A stretch of 64,000 nucleotides of DNA, taken from contig JAZDKQ010000023.1 in assembly GCA_043802865.1 (NCBI GenBank), forward strand, positions 607 through 64,606, in the 5' to 3' direction. The notes under the pieces were generated by a model. It did not search any database. It had not been told where the DNA came from and saw nothing but the letters and a program-made list of their open reading frames with translations. This DNA is from Candidatus Moraniibacteriota bacterium (lineage in GTDB: Bacteria; Patescibacteriota; Minisyncoccia; Moranbacterales; UBA11712). The position numbers and the translations under genes were made by a program. Positions 30,630-40,041 of the stretch are shown piece after piece. Position 1 is the first letter of the stretch, and every line of letters starts with the position of its first letter.

Positions 30630-31238
30630 TTGAAACTAATCACCCTTTCCGGGCTTGACGGTTCCGGGAAGTCGACGCAAATTGAATTGTTGAAAGAATT
30701 TCTTGAAAAACAAGGGAAAAGTTTTTTCTATTTCCATGGCGCGGGCTTTTCTGTGTCTTCGTTGTACAAAATATTCCCTATATTTTCGTGGAAGAAAACC
30801 AAAGAAAAAAATCGAAGCGACAAGGGTGTCACAAAAGCGAACTGGATTGAGATTCAACTTCGAAAAATTGCTTTGTTTATCGATATATTAAGATTTCGTA
30901 GATTAGCAACAAAGCTAAAAGTCGATTGCATTATCTCCGATCGGTATTTTTATGACAGTGTGGTTAATATGAATTTCCTTTCCGGAAAAAATAGCAAATT
31001 ATGCGCTGAAAAATACATTCCAAAACCCGATTTTGCCTTTTATATAAATGCAAAACCGGAAATTATCATGCAGCGCGAACGAAAGCCGGATCAAGGAGTG
31101 AAATATTTGGTGGCGAAAGAAAAAATATTTGCTGATAAAATCAAGAAATGGAATATGATTGTGGTTGATGGAGAGAAAATAAAAGAAGAAATATTTACTG
31201 AAATAAAGTCAAAAATAAAATGTCTAAATTCCTCGTAA
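30630..31238 (+). CDS. thymidylate kinase-like P-loop kinase (TTG start)
   Basis: LITLSGLDGSGKSTQ, SDRYFYDS, PKPD; lacks the usual REP motif. Confidence 0.8.
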   Translation: MKLITLSGLDGSGKSTQIELLKEFLEKQGKSFFYFHGAGFSVSSLYKIFPIFSWKKTKEKNRSDKGVTKANWIEIQLRKIALFIDILRFRRLATKLKVDCIISDRYFYDSVVNMNFLSGKNSKLCAEKYIPKPDFAFYINAKPEIIMQRERKPDQGVKYLVAKEKIFADKIKKWNMIVVDGEKIKEEIFTEIKSKIKCLNSS

Positions 31239-32719
31239 AATCATTTTTCTGGGTTACTCTTTCGGAGATTATATACAACCTCTCGGCTTATGTCATCCAT
31301 TCCGGAATGGGGCGGATTTTGGGTCCGGCGGAATACGGAAGATACGGAATCGTTGTCACGCTCACGACGATGATCGTCGTTCTCATCGGGCAAGGCGTTC
31401 CGACGGCCATGGCGAAATATCTTGGGGAGATATATGATACGAAACCGGGACTCATTCCAATCATCAAAAAACAAACTGCAAAAATACAGTTTTATTTGAT
31501 CGGCGCGGTAACCATTATTTTCTTTTTTCTCGCTCCAGTGATCTCCCTTGTTCTTCATGACAAGACGCTCACGCCCCTTTTCCAGATTTCAACTCTGGTT
31601 ATTCCCGCTTTTGCTCTGGCTTCATTCTACTTCTACTATTACACCGGCCTGCACGAATTCAAGACGCAAGCATGGCTCAAAACATCGCGAGCTTTTTTCC
31701 GCATTCTTTTCATTCTGGGACTGGCGCTTCTTTTGAAATCAAAAGGTTACGCGCTCGAAGGGGCAATTGTGGGCTATATCCTAGCGCCCCTTTCCATTTT
31801 TTTCGAGGCCAATCTCCTCGACAAATTCAAAAAAATAAAGCCGGAAGGATTTTTTGACTGGCGAAAGCTTGTGCAATATGCCTGGCCGATGACGCTTTTT
31901 CTCATCGCCTATGAATTTTTGATCACGATCGATCTCTATCTCGTGAAAGGAATTTTGCAAAACGACTATTTGACCGGAATATACAACGGCGCCATCACGG
32001 TCGGGCGTATTCCCTATTTTTTGTTTTATGCGCTGACGATCATTATTCTTCCCGTGGTATCAAAATCAACCTCGAGCAACAATCATGCCGAGACCAAAAA
32101 ATTGATCGGACAATCTTTGCGCCTCATGGTGATGTTTCTCTTGCCGATCGCGATCTTGATGGCCGTATATTCTCGGCCGGTTTTGCAAATATTTTATGGA
32201 AATAAATTTCTGGCTGCGGCTGGTCCGATGTCGATCTTGATGGGCGGGGTCGCGTTTCTCACGATCTTCTATGTCATGGCCTTTGTTTTGAACGGCGCCG
32301 GAAAAGTGAAAGCGCCTATGTATATCGCCTTTGCCGGTCTTGCGACGAACATAATCTTGAGCTATTTTCTCATCCAAAAATATGCTCTTGTGGGCGCGGC
32401 AGTCGCCACCTCAATCACTTCTTTTGTTGCAATGGTGTTGATTCTCGCCTATTCCTACAGATTTTTCGGCTATTTGTTCAAATTTTCCAGTTTCGTGAAA
32501 ATTTTGCTCGCTTCGGCAATCATGTACTTCGCCTCAATATTTTTTCCGGAAGGGAAATATATTTTCCTTCTCTGGTCAGCTATTTTATTCGCTATTTATA
32601 TCTTTCTTTTATATATTTTCCGCGAATTCGGCGCATCTGATCTTGAGCTTGTGAAACAACTTCTCGCAAAAAAGAAACTGAAAACCGCCGCCGCCGACGT
32701 GGGAGAAGAGGCTTTGTAG
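31220..32719 (+). CDS. Wzx-type oligosaccharide flippase (MOP family)
   Basis: RILGPAEYG, about 14 TMs, G.Y..A, GAAVATSI. Confidence 0.9.
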   Translation: MSKFLVKSFFWVTLSEIIYNLSAYVIHSGMGRILGPAEYGRYGIVVTLTTMIVVLIGQGVPTAMAKYLGEIYDTKPGLIPIIKKQTAKIQFYLIGAVTIIFFFLAPVISLVLHDKTLTPLFQISTLVIPAFALASFYFYYYTGLHEFKTQAWLKTSRAFFRILFILGLALLLKSKGYALEGAIVGYILAPLSIFFEANLLDKFKKIKPEGFFDWRKLVQYAWPMTLFLIAYEFLITIDLYLVKGILQNDYLTGIYNGAITVGRIPYFLFYALTIIILPVVSKSTSSNNHAETKKLIGQSLRLMVMFLLPIAILMAVYSRPVLQIFYGNKFLAAAGPMSILMGGVAFLTIFYVMAFVLNGAGKVKAPMYIAFAGLATNIILSYFLIQKYALVGAAVATSITSFVAMVLILAYSYRFFGYLFKFSSFVKILLASAIMYFASIFFPEGKYIFLLWSAILFAIYIFLLYIFREFGASDLELVKQLLAKKKLKTAAADVGEEAL

Positions 32720-32768
32720 AAATAAAAAAGCTCCTCTATGCAGAGAAGTTTTTATAAAATATTCGTGC

Positions 32769-33602
32769 TTATTTTTTTGCCAGCTTCACTGTATTCCAAA
32801 GCAGCATCGCAATCGTCACCGGGCCCACTCCGCCGGGGATGGGGGTGATGAAAGATGCTTTTTTGGAGACTGATGCGAAATCTACATCGCCAAAAAGTTT
32901 TTTGCCGACGCGGTTCACGCCGACGTCAATCACGACAACGCCTCTCTTCACCATACTCGCTTTAATAAATTTCGGCTTTCCAACGGCCACGACAAGAATG
33001 TCGGCTTTTTGAGTATAGCTTTTCAAGTTTTTGGTGTGATGATGACAGATCGTGACAGTCGCGTTTCGGTTCAACAGAAATTGCGCCATCGGTTTTCCGA
33101 CGATGTTCGAGCGTCCGACAACAACCGCGTTCTTGCCTTCGATCTTGATTTTATATTCTTCCAATAATTTGACAATTCCCAGCGGTGTGGCCGGTGCGAC
33201 AACCGAATATTGCTCGCCTTCTTGCGCGAATTTTCCAAAATTGAGCGGATGAAGACAATCGGCGTCTTTTCGCGGGTCGATACTCTCAATAATTTTCTTT
33301 TTATCAATATGTTTCGGGAGCGGCAGTTGAACCATAATGGCTGAAACATTTTTGTCTTTATTTAATTTTCCAACAACTGACAGGAGCTTCGCTTCGGAAA
33401 TTTTTGCGGGAAAAATCAGAGTTTGCGAGCCTATCCCCGCTTTTTCGCAAAATATGCCTTTTCGCCGGACATAAATGGCTGAAGCCGGATCATCGCCGAC
33501 CAAGACCATCGCCAAAACAGGTTTGCGCTTCATAGTGGCAACTCTTTTCTTCAGTTGAAGTATGATCTTGTTGGCAAGTTTTGTGCCGTCGAGAATTTTC
33601 AT
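32769..33602 (-). CDS. folD: methylenetetrahydrofolate dehydrogenase/cyclohydrolase
   Basis: VQLPLP, VGRSNIVGKP, VIDVGVN, TPIPGGVGP. Confidence 0.97.
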   Translation of the reverse strand: MKILDGTKLANKIILQLKKRVATMKRKPVLAMVLVGDDPASAIYVRRKGIFCEKAGIGSQTLIFPAKISEAKLLSVVGKLNKDKNVSAIMVQLPLPKHIDKKKIIESIDPRKDADCLHPLNFGKFAQEGEQYSVVAPATPLGIVKLLEEYKIKIEGKNAVVVGRSNIVGKPMAQFLLNRNATVTICHHHTKNLKSYTQKADILVVAVGKPKFIKASMVKRGVVVIDVGVNRVGKKLFGDVDFASVSKKASFITPIPGGVGPVTIAMLLWNTVKLAKK

Positions 33603-33608
33603 AATAAA

Positions 33609-34034
33609 CTATCTTAGAGGCAATTTTGGCAGACTATTTTTTATTTCCCCTCGTTCATTTTCAAGAGAGGCAATGCGAATGTTCCACGCCTTAGTGTTTT
33701 TGGCAAGCTCTTGTCCGTAAAAAACAAAATTGCTTGAAAGCTGCAATTTGGAGCCAGGTGCCATTGAATGTTCTCCGGCATAGTGATCAAATGCCATTTT
33801 ATCTTCGATGTCTATTTCAACAAGAAATCCATTTCCTTCGGCGAAATCACGAGCGATCTTTTTATTGTCAGTGAAAAATTGTCCCACAGCTATCTCGCGC
33901 AGTTCCTTGAAGCGTTTGATTTGATCCTTTGGGAGATCATCTTCATCGAATTTGGATTGCAAATCCCGGAATTCTTTTTCCAGTTCTTCGGTCAAAAAAA
34001 CCGGTTGTGTTTTATAGCCGCGATATAGCTTCAT
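33609..34034 (-). CDS. hypothetical protein, possible ADP-ribosyltransferase-like fold
   Basis: KLYRG..FFTD...ARDFA..GFLVEIDI. Confidence 0.55.
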   Translation of the reverse strand: MKLYRGYKTQPVFLTEELEKEFRDLQSKFDEDDLPKDQIKRFKELREIAVGQFFTDNKKIARDFAEGNGFLVEIDIEDKMAFDHYAGEHSMAPGSKLQLSSNFVFYGQELAKNTKAWNIRIASLENERGEIKNSLPKLPLR

Positions 34035-34158
34035 AACAAAAATATTACAACCCCTTAATACAGTGAAGATTCTTTGCACAATTATTTCACGAACCAAGCA
34101 GATCCTTTGATATTTTCTTGCTTTTTGAGATTTTTGTACATACTTTCCGATCTATTCA

Positions 34159-34344
34159 TTATTTTACAAGTTTTAAATAACTCGGATCATCTTTTTCGAT
34201 GGCCTGCAATATTTCTTCAACGTCTGGTTCTTTCTCCTTACTAAGCGATTTTTGAATTCTCTTGAACATTTCCTTTTCCGCTCGCCTTTTTTGCAGATCA
34301 GCCACTTCAGATGCCTTTTCCCCCTTTTCCATTGTATTGACCAT
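34159..34344 (-). CDS. small charged hypothetical protein
   Basis: 61-aa ORF with ATG, natural composition. Confidence 0.5.
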   Translation of the reverse strand: MVNTMEKGEKASEVADLQKRRAEKEMFKRIQKSLSKEKEPDVEEILQAIEKDDPSYLKLVK

Positions 34345-34421
34345 ATATTTTCTTTATAAAGTATCCATTCTATGTTAAAATTCTATCAAAGATTCAAACT
34401 TTAGGCAATCATTTTAAACCC

Positions 34422-35219
34422 ATGATCCGATTCGCGGCCATCACTCCTCATCCCACGCTGATCATTCCCTCTATTGGGAAAAGCAATTTGAATTTGGTGC
34501 GAAAAACTGTGAACGCGATGAAGCAGATCGGGGAAAAATTCCGGGCGGTGAAGGCGGATACAATCGTGATTATTTCTCCGCACGGTCCGGTGCAATATGA
34601 CAAATTCATGATTAACTATTCTCCGATGCTCCGCGGCGGCTTGGGGTCGTTCGGCGATCAGCGAAGATTTGTTTTTGAAAACGATCGCGAACTTGTTGAT
34701 GAGATCGTGAAGTTTTCCCGAGAGTCGCATTTACCGGTCGGACTGGTACGCGAGCTCGAGCTTGACCGCGGGGCGCTTGTTCCGCTTCACTATCTGATCA
34801 GTGAAAAAGACGCGGCGTACAATCCACGCTTGATCCATATGTCCTTTTCAATGCTCCCGCTCGAATATCATCTTCGTTTTGGAGAAGTTCTCGGAAAAGT
34901 TCTGCAAGGTTCTTCGAAGATCGTATCCCTTGTGGCGAGCAGTGATCTGTCTCACCGTGTTTCTCAAGGAGCGCCGGCTGGATATTCTCCGCAAGGAAGA
35001 ATTTTTGATCGAAAAGTCGTCGAAATTATTCAGCGAAAAAATATCAAAGGTCTTTTGGATATGGATCCGATTCTCATTGAAGAAGCCGGCGAATGTGGGC
35101 TTCGTTCGATCACTATGTTGCTCGGCGCGATTTCCGGTCTGCGCTGGGAAGCGAAATCTTTGAGCTATGAAGCGCCGTACGGAGTCGGATATCTGACGGC
35201 GAATATCAATATCAAGTAA
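34422..35219 (+). CDS. MEMO1/LigB-like protein (AmmeMemoRadiSam B family)
   Basis: TPHP..IIP, ISPH, ASSDLSH, AGECG, YEAPYGVGY. Confidence 0.88.
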   Translation: MIRFAAITPHPTLIIPSIGKSNLNLVRKTVNAMKQIGEKFRAVKADTIVIISPHGPVQYDKFMINYSPMLRGGLGSFGDQRRFVFENDRELVDEIVKFSRESHLPVGLVRELELDRGALVPLHYLISEKDAAYNPRLIHMSFSMLPLEYHLRFGEVLGKVLQGSSKIVSLVASSDLSHRVSQGAPAGYSPQGRIFDRKVVEIIQRKNIKGLLDMDPILIEEAGECGLRSITMLLGAISGLRWEAKSLSYEAPYGVGYLTANINIK

Positions 35220-35224
35220 TTCCA

Positions 35225-35366
35225 AATCCTCCCCTCCTCAGTTTCCGCCAAAGGCGGATCTGCCCCTGGTTGAGAGGAGGGGGCAGGGGGAGGTGTTGCA
35301 AGAGCGCAGAAAACTCTCAACACCCCTCTGTCCTTCGGACATCTCCCCCCATCTAAGAGGAGAAGG
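35225..35366. mobile_element. ~112-bp composite palindromic element, copy 1, carrying a 30-bp double-hairpin insert (35244-35273)
   Basis: Near-identical to 47317-47429 apart from the 30-bp insert. Confidence 0.88.
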
Positions 35367-35370
35367 TTTA

Positions 35371-37326
35371 ATGAAAATTATCTCCGTGAATAAGTATCTT
35401 ATCCAAGTTGCTCCTATCATTCCTCTTCCTGTTAGCCGCACGCAGGTTTTTTCATATTGGCATAGTGAAAATATTTCGCCGGGGACGCTGGTTTCGGCGC
35501 CTTTCTATTTTCGTGATATTCAGGGCATAGTTGTTGGTTCAAGTGAGAAATCTTCAAGGCGAGAATCGCTTGAATTGAAAAATATCAGGTCGGTCATAGA
35601 AGAAAAATTTTTGAACGAAAATCAAATTAAGCTCGCTCGAAAAATCGCCGAATACTATTTCGCGCCACTCGGGTCAGTGCTTAAGCTGATGGTTCCGAAA
35701 GTAGTGAAGCAGAGGGTGAAAAAAACAGGGAAAATCGGCCTGCCCGCAGTGCTTCGCGTAGCGAGGCGGGCGGGCGAGGAAGCGTTGAAAATAATAAATA
35801 GCAAAAAAAATAAATTTCTGTTGATCGGGGGTGGAAAGAAGAGAGAAAAAATAAATGCCGATTTGATCCAAGAATGTCTGAAAAGCGGCAAGCAGTGCCT
35901 CATACTTGCGCCAGAAATATTTTTTTCGCATAATGTTTATGAAAAGCTAAATGCGGAATTTTCCGAAGAGATCGCACTTATCCACAGCCGAATAACAAAA
36001 GGACAATACTATAGTTGGTGGGAAAAAATAAAAACGGGGAAAATAAGAATAATAATTGCCTCAAAACAAGGAATATTTTTGCCTTTTTCCGATTTGGGTC
36101 TCATCATTATTCAAGACGAGCAGGATATTTCATTCAAGCAGTGGGAGTCGATGCCTCGCTACAGCGGAGTGCGGGGGGCGGAATTTTTGGCCGATATCGC
36201 GGGCGCGAAATTGGTTTTGGAAAGCTTCGCGCCGTCGGCCGAGACTTTATATAGGGCGAAAAACCGTGAAATAGAAATAGTTGAAACAAAAATCGATAAA
36301 AGTGACTTTCCGAAGTTTGAGATTGTTTCATTGGAGAAAGAAAAGAAAAATCCGGACTTTCCCATTTCAAACATGCTGTACAGCCGTTTGGCTGAAATCG
36401 TGAACAGCAAAAAACAAGCCGTTGTTTTTGTGAACAGGCGTGGGTTTTCCACCCGCACGACATGCGAAAATTGCAAAAAATTTTTGAAATGTCCAAAATG
36501 CGACCGGGCGCTCATATATTCGGAAGAACAATCGCAATATCGCTGTTTGCACTGCGCCTACAAAATGGAACTCTTCAGCGCCTGCCCGTCTTGCGGCGGA
36601 TTTCAATTTTCGCATCGCGGAATCGGAACGCAAACGGTTGAAAAAAAGATCAAACGGCTTTTCTCTTCGGCGCGGGTTGTTCGTCTCGACGCGGACGCAG
36701 CGAAAAGTTTGGAGAAATACCGAAGCATACTGCAAGATTTTTCGGCGGGCAAAATCGATATTCTTGTCGGCACGCAGTCGGCGATCAAGGGGATATATTC
36801 GGACGGCGTCGAATTGGCCGCTTCGATCTCGGGGCGTGATTTCACGGATGGAATTGAATTCAATTCTCGCGCTCTCGCGCTCTCGCGGTTATTTTATATG
36901 GCGAACTTGCTAAACAAAAATGGAATTTTGACAATCCAATCCTTTTTCGGCGGCAATCCCCTTTTTGACTATTTGGAAAAAAATGAATTGAAAAAATATT
37001 TTGTACGCGAACTTGCAATGCGAAAAAAATTGTCCTATCCTCCGTTTCGCAAATTTGTGAAGCTTGGCTTTCGCGATAAATCCGAAAGAAAGGCCGTGAA
37101 CGAAACGAAAAAAACATTTGACTTGCTGCGAGCGACGAGCAATAATGAGATTGAAATAATCGGCCCGTACGCGGCATTATCACTCCAAAAAAGAGGCTTG
37201 TATCAGCGAAATATTCTTCTGAAATTCGATCCCGAAAAAAACATTGGCGACTTGCCCGTTCGATCTGCGATCGGAGCTCTGCGCAAAGGCTGGTCGGTCG
37301 ATGTTGATCCAGTTTCAATATTTTAG
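35371..37326 (+). CDS. priA: primosomal protein N' (helicase motifs degenerate)
   Basis: NRRGFS, four CxxC pairs, G.GTQ, R.D.D, DILVGTQ, YPPF. Confidence 0.9.
   Translation: MKIISVNKYLIQVAPIIPLPVSRTQVFSYWHSENISPGTLVSAPFYFRDIQGIVVGSSEKSSRRESLELKNIRSVIEEKFLNENQIKLARKIAEYYFAPLGSVLKLMVPKVVKQRVKKTGKIGLPAVLRVARRAGEEALKIINSKKNKFLLIGGGKKREKINADLIQECLKSGKQCLILAPEIFFSHNVYEKLNAEFSEEIALIHSRITKGQYYSWWEKIKTGKIRIIIASKQGIFLPFSDLGLIIIQDEQDISFKQWESMPRYSGVRGAEFLADIAGAKLVLESFAPSAETLYRAKNREIEIVETKIDKSDFPKFEIVSLEKEKKNPDFPISNMLYSRLAEIVNSKKQAVVFVNRRGFSTRTTCENCKKFLKCPKCDRALIYSEEQSQYRCLHCAYKMELFSACPSCGGFQFSHRGIGTQTVEKKIKRLFSSARVVRLDADAAKSLEKYRSILQDFSAGKIDILVGTQSAIKGIYSDGVELAASISGRDFTDGIEFNSRALALSRLFYMANLLNKNGILTIQSFFGGNPLFDYLEKNELKKYFVRELAMRKKLSYPPFRKFVKLGFRDKSERKAVNETKKTFDLLRATSNNEIEIIGPYAALSLQKRGLYQRNILLKFDPEKNIGDLPVRSAIGALRKGWSVDVDPVSIF
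35738..35775. mobile_element. GCCTGCCCGC..GCGGGCGGGC palindromic insert in priA
   Basis: Adds about 12 aa (LPAVLRVARRAG); related copy at 43170. Confidence 0.75.
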
Positions 37327-37335
37327 GCAAAAAAT

Positions 37336-37794
37336 ATGTTGAAAATAATAAAATATCCAAATAATCTCTTGCGCCGAAAGACGCGGGAAGTCAAAGTTGA
37401 CGAGTTGAAAGACCCAAAAGTCCAGCGGTTGATTTTTGACATGTCGAAAATAATGGAGGTTGAAGAAGGAGTTGGTCTTGCAGCGCCGCAAGTCGGATCA
37501 GATCTCCGGATCTGTGCTATACGAATCGGTGAGGAAGCTTATGTCTTGATCAATCCGAAAATAAAAACTTACTCGCGAAAAAAAGATATTTTCGAAGAAG
37601 GCTGTTTGAGCTTTCCGGGAAAATTTTTTCCGGTCGAGCGGCCGCTCAAAGTGAAAGTTCAAGCGCGAGATGTAGAAGGAAAAAAATTCAAAATCAAGGC
37701 CGACGGTCTTCTTGCCCGCGTGCTTCAGCATGAGATCGATCATCTCGAAGGAATTTTAGTGATCGACCGAGCGATAAAAGGTAAATTGGGGTAA
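37336..37794 (+). CDS. def: peptide deformylase
   Basis: GVGLAAPQ, EGCLS, QHEIDHL. Confidence 0.98.
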   Translation: MLKIIKYPNNLLRRKTREVKVDELKDPKVQRLIFDMSKIMEVEEGVGLAAPQVGSDLRICAIRIGEEAYVLINPKIKTYSRKKDIFEEGCLSFPGKFFPVERPLKVKVQARDVEGKKFKIKADGLLARVLQHEIDHLEGILVIDRAIKGKLG

Positions 37795-37828
37795 AATCCT
37801 AACATCCAATGTTAGGAAAATTACGAAA

Positions 37829-38812
37829 TTGATTAATAAACCAAAAATTGTATTCTTCGGCACGCCGGAATTTGCGGCGGGGGTTTTGAAATCGCTTGTT
37901 GGCAACAAATACAATATTGCTTTTGTCTTCACTCAGCCGGACAAAAAAATTGGGAGAAGACAAGAAGTTGTTTTTTCTCCGGTGAAAGATTTGGCGCTGA
38001 AAAACAAAATTGAAATATTTCAGCCGGAAAGTTTGCGAGACAGTGAATTGGCCGAAAAGATTAAAAAAATTGGCGCTGATCTTTTTGTTGTCGCCGCGTA
38101 TGGGAAAATATTACCCAAAGATATATTGGAAATTCCAAAATATGGAGCGATAAACATTCACGCATCTCTCCTTCCAAAATATCGCGGAGCGTCGCCGGTG
38201 CAATGTGCTATCCTCTCTGGAGAAAAAGAAACAGGGATCACAGTGATGAAAATGAACGAAAAGATGGATGAGGGTGATATTTTGGCGCAGAAAAAGATAG
38301 AGATCGGCGAAAATGAAACGGCGGATTTATTGTTAAATAGGCTGTCAAAAATTGGAGCGGACATGATTGGCGAATTTATTCCCGACTGGATTTCCGGAAA
38401 AATAAAGTCGATTCCTCAAGATCAAAATATGGCGACTTATTGCAAGCCGGTCAAGCGCGAAGACGGGAGAATAGATTGGAATTGTCCCGCCGAAGAAATA
38501 AGCTGCAAATGGCGAGCCTATTATCCCTGGCCGGGAATATATTCAATAATAAATATCTCCGCCAGAGGCGGATCCGCCTTTGACGGAAAAAATCAGCCCA
38601 AAAGGCTGAAATTGTTGGAGATAGAGATTATTCCCAATATAAAGACTGGCGAAAAAACCGGGAAAATTATAGAATATGATCAGAAAGTTGCCGTTCAAAC
38701 GGAAATTGGATTGATAATTTTGAAAAAAGTTCAACTTGAAGGGAAGAAGGAAATAGATATCGATGAATTTTTGAGAGGCAATGTCGGATTCATTGGAAGT
38801 ATTTTGGAATAA
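37829..38812 (+). CDS. fmt: methionyl-tRNA formyltransferase
   Basis: FFGTPEFA, TQPD, INIHASLLPKYRGASP, MDEGDI. Confidence 0.97.
   Translation: MINKPKIVFFGTPEFAAGVLKSLVGNKYNIAFVFTQPDKKIGRRQEVVFSPVKDLALKNKIEIFQPESLRDSELAEKIKKIGADLFVVAAYGKILPKDILEIPKYGAINIHASLLPKYRGASPVQCAILSGEKETGITVMKMNEKMDEGDILAQKKIEIGENETADLLLNRLSKIGADMIGEFIPDWISGKIKSIPQDQNMATYCKPVKREDGRIDWNCPAEEISCKWRAYYPWPGIYSIINISARGGSAFDGKNQPKRLKLLEIEIIPNIKTGEKTGKIIEYDQKVAVQTEIGLIILKKVQLEGKKEIDIDEFLRGNVGFIGSILE
38558..38587. mobile_element. 30-bp double-hairpin element, in frame in fmt
   Basis: TCCGCC-AGA-GGCGGA-TCCGCC-TTT-GACGGA = SARGGSAFDG. Confidence 0.9.
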
Positions 38813-38816
38813 GCAT

Positions 38817-39638
38817 ATGCAAAACGAAAAAAATCAACACAAAGTTTTCGTAGTCGGATTTTCATTGATTGTCTTGCTTCTTCTTTGGTTTCTCCTGAAG
38901 CCTCTTGTTTCAAGCTGGAAAAATGGACAGCCGAGCAGAGACGAACAAAAAGCCAATGAAGAGATATTGAAGGCTCCTTCAGTGATGCCGGAAGATCTTT
39001 TCAAAAAAATTCAGAGCAAGTCGAAAATAGTTTTGGCGGACACAAGCAGTCCGAATGAATTCAGCCGCGGGCATATTGCGACGGCGGTGAATATTCAGGC
39101 GGACAAATTGGACAAAGATTTTTTTACGGCTCTTGGAGCGGATCAGACAGCGGATATATTCATTGTGAATCAAGGCGACAAATTGGCTGATCTGGCGACG
39201 GTTGTGAATAAAATAATTTCTCAAGGCTTCGTGAATGCCAAATATCTGCGGGGCGGCATTCCGGGCTGGCGGGAAAAGGGCTTTCCCCTCGTTTCTTTCG
39301 GCGGATCGGATCAAGACAGCGCGAAAGTCAAAAAAATAACGATCGACGAGATCAAAAAAGACGTTGAAATAACTGCCGATATTCTTCAGTTTTTGGATGT
39401 GCGAGGCAAGAATGATTTTGCGAAAGAGCGCGTTGTCGGAGCGATCAATGTGCCTCTTTCAGAACTTGAAACAAGGAAAAACGAAATTCCAGCCTTGAAG
39501 AAGATCATCGTATATGGATCAAATGAAAATGAAAGTTTTCAAGCGGCAGTGATTTTGTTTGATCTAAATTTTTTCAATATATATCAGATGGAAGGCGGAA
39601 TTGATCAGTGGAGAGCGGCGGGAGGAAACACCGAATAG
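38817..39638 (+). CDS. membrane-anchored tandem rhodanese-like domain protein
   Basis: GHI..A.NI, LRGG..W, LDVR, MEGG..W; no catalytic Cys. Confidence 0.85.
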   Translation: MQNEKNQHKVFVVGFSLIVLLLLWFLLKPLVSSWKNGQPSRDEQKANEEILKAPSVMPEDLFKKIQSKSKIVLADTSSPNEFSRGHIATAVNIQADKLDKDFFTALGADQTADIFIVNQGDKLADLATVVNKIISQGFVNAKYLRGGIPGWREKGFPLVSFGGSDQDSAKVKKITIDEIKKDVEITADILQFLDVRGKNDFAKERVVGAINVPLSELETRKNEIPALKKIIVYGSNENESFQAAVILFDLNFFNIYQMEGGIDQWRAAGGNTE

Positions 39639-39673
39639 TGATCAGTGAACAACGAACAATAATTTAGATAAAA

Positions 39674-39703
39674 AAAGAAACGAGATTATTCCCGTTTCTT
39701 TTT
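39674..39703. terminator. bidirectional terminator
   Basis: AAAAGAAACGAG..CCCGTTTCTTTT between convergent genes. Confidence 0.65.
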
Positions 39704-39718
39704 ATTTTTCACGAGTAA

Positions 39719-39991
39719 TTACTTCACGATCGCCAGTATATCTTCATTTTTCACCAGCAAATATTCTTTGTTTTTCACTTTGATCTCGTTTCCGGAATAT
39801 TTGGAATAGATCACTTTCTGCCCGGGCTTGACCTTGATCTTCTTGTCTTCACCTGTGGCGATCACTTTCCCTTCTTGCGGCTTTTCTCCGCTTGCGTCAG
39901 GAAGGACGATGCCGGAAGCGGTTTTTGTATCAACCTCCATAGGCTCGATAAGCACATTTTCGCCCAACGGCTGTATATTCGGCTTTGACAT
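39719..39991 (-). CDS. groES: co-chaperonin GroES
   Basis: IQPLG.NVL, TASGIVLPD..EKPQEG.V, SKYSG.E, EDILAIV. Confidence 0.95.
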   Translation of the reverse strand: MSKPNIQPLGENVLIEPMEVDTKTASGIVLPDASGEKPQEGKVIATGEDKKIKVKPGQKVIYSKYSGNEIKVKNKEYLLVKNEDILAIVK

Positions 39992-40041
39992 ATGTTTTTC
40001 TTGATCTAAATTATTATTGAAATTGCTCCCAGATATGTATT

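Noticed and set aside
34422-35219. AmmeMemoRadiSam system
   Set aside because: Only the B-like gene is present; partners are not in this window.
35293-35370. N-terminal extension of PriA in the ORF track (also upstream extensions of the GT2 at 23628 and GIY-YIG at 43221)
   Set aside because: These are read-through of palindromic elements; downstream ATGs fit better.
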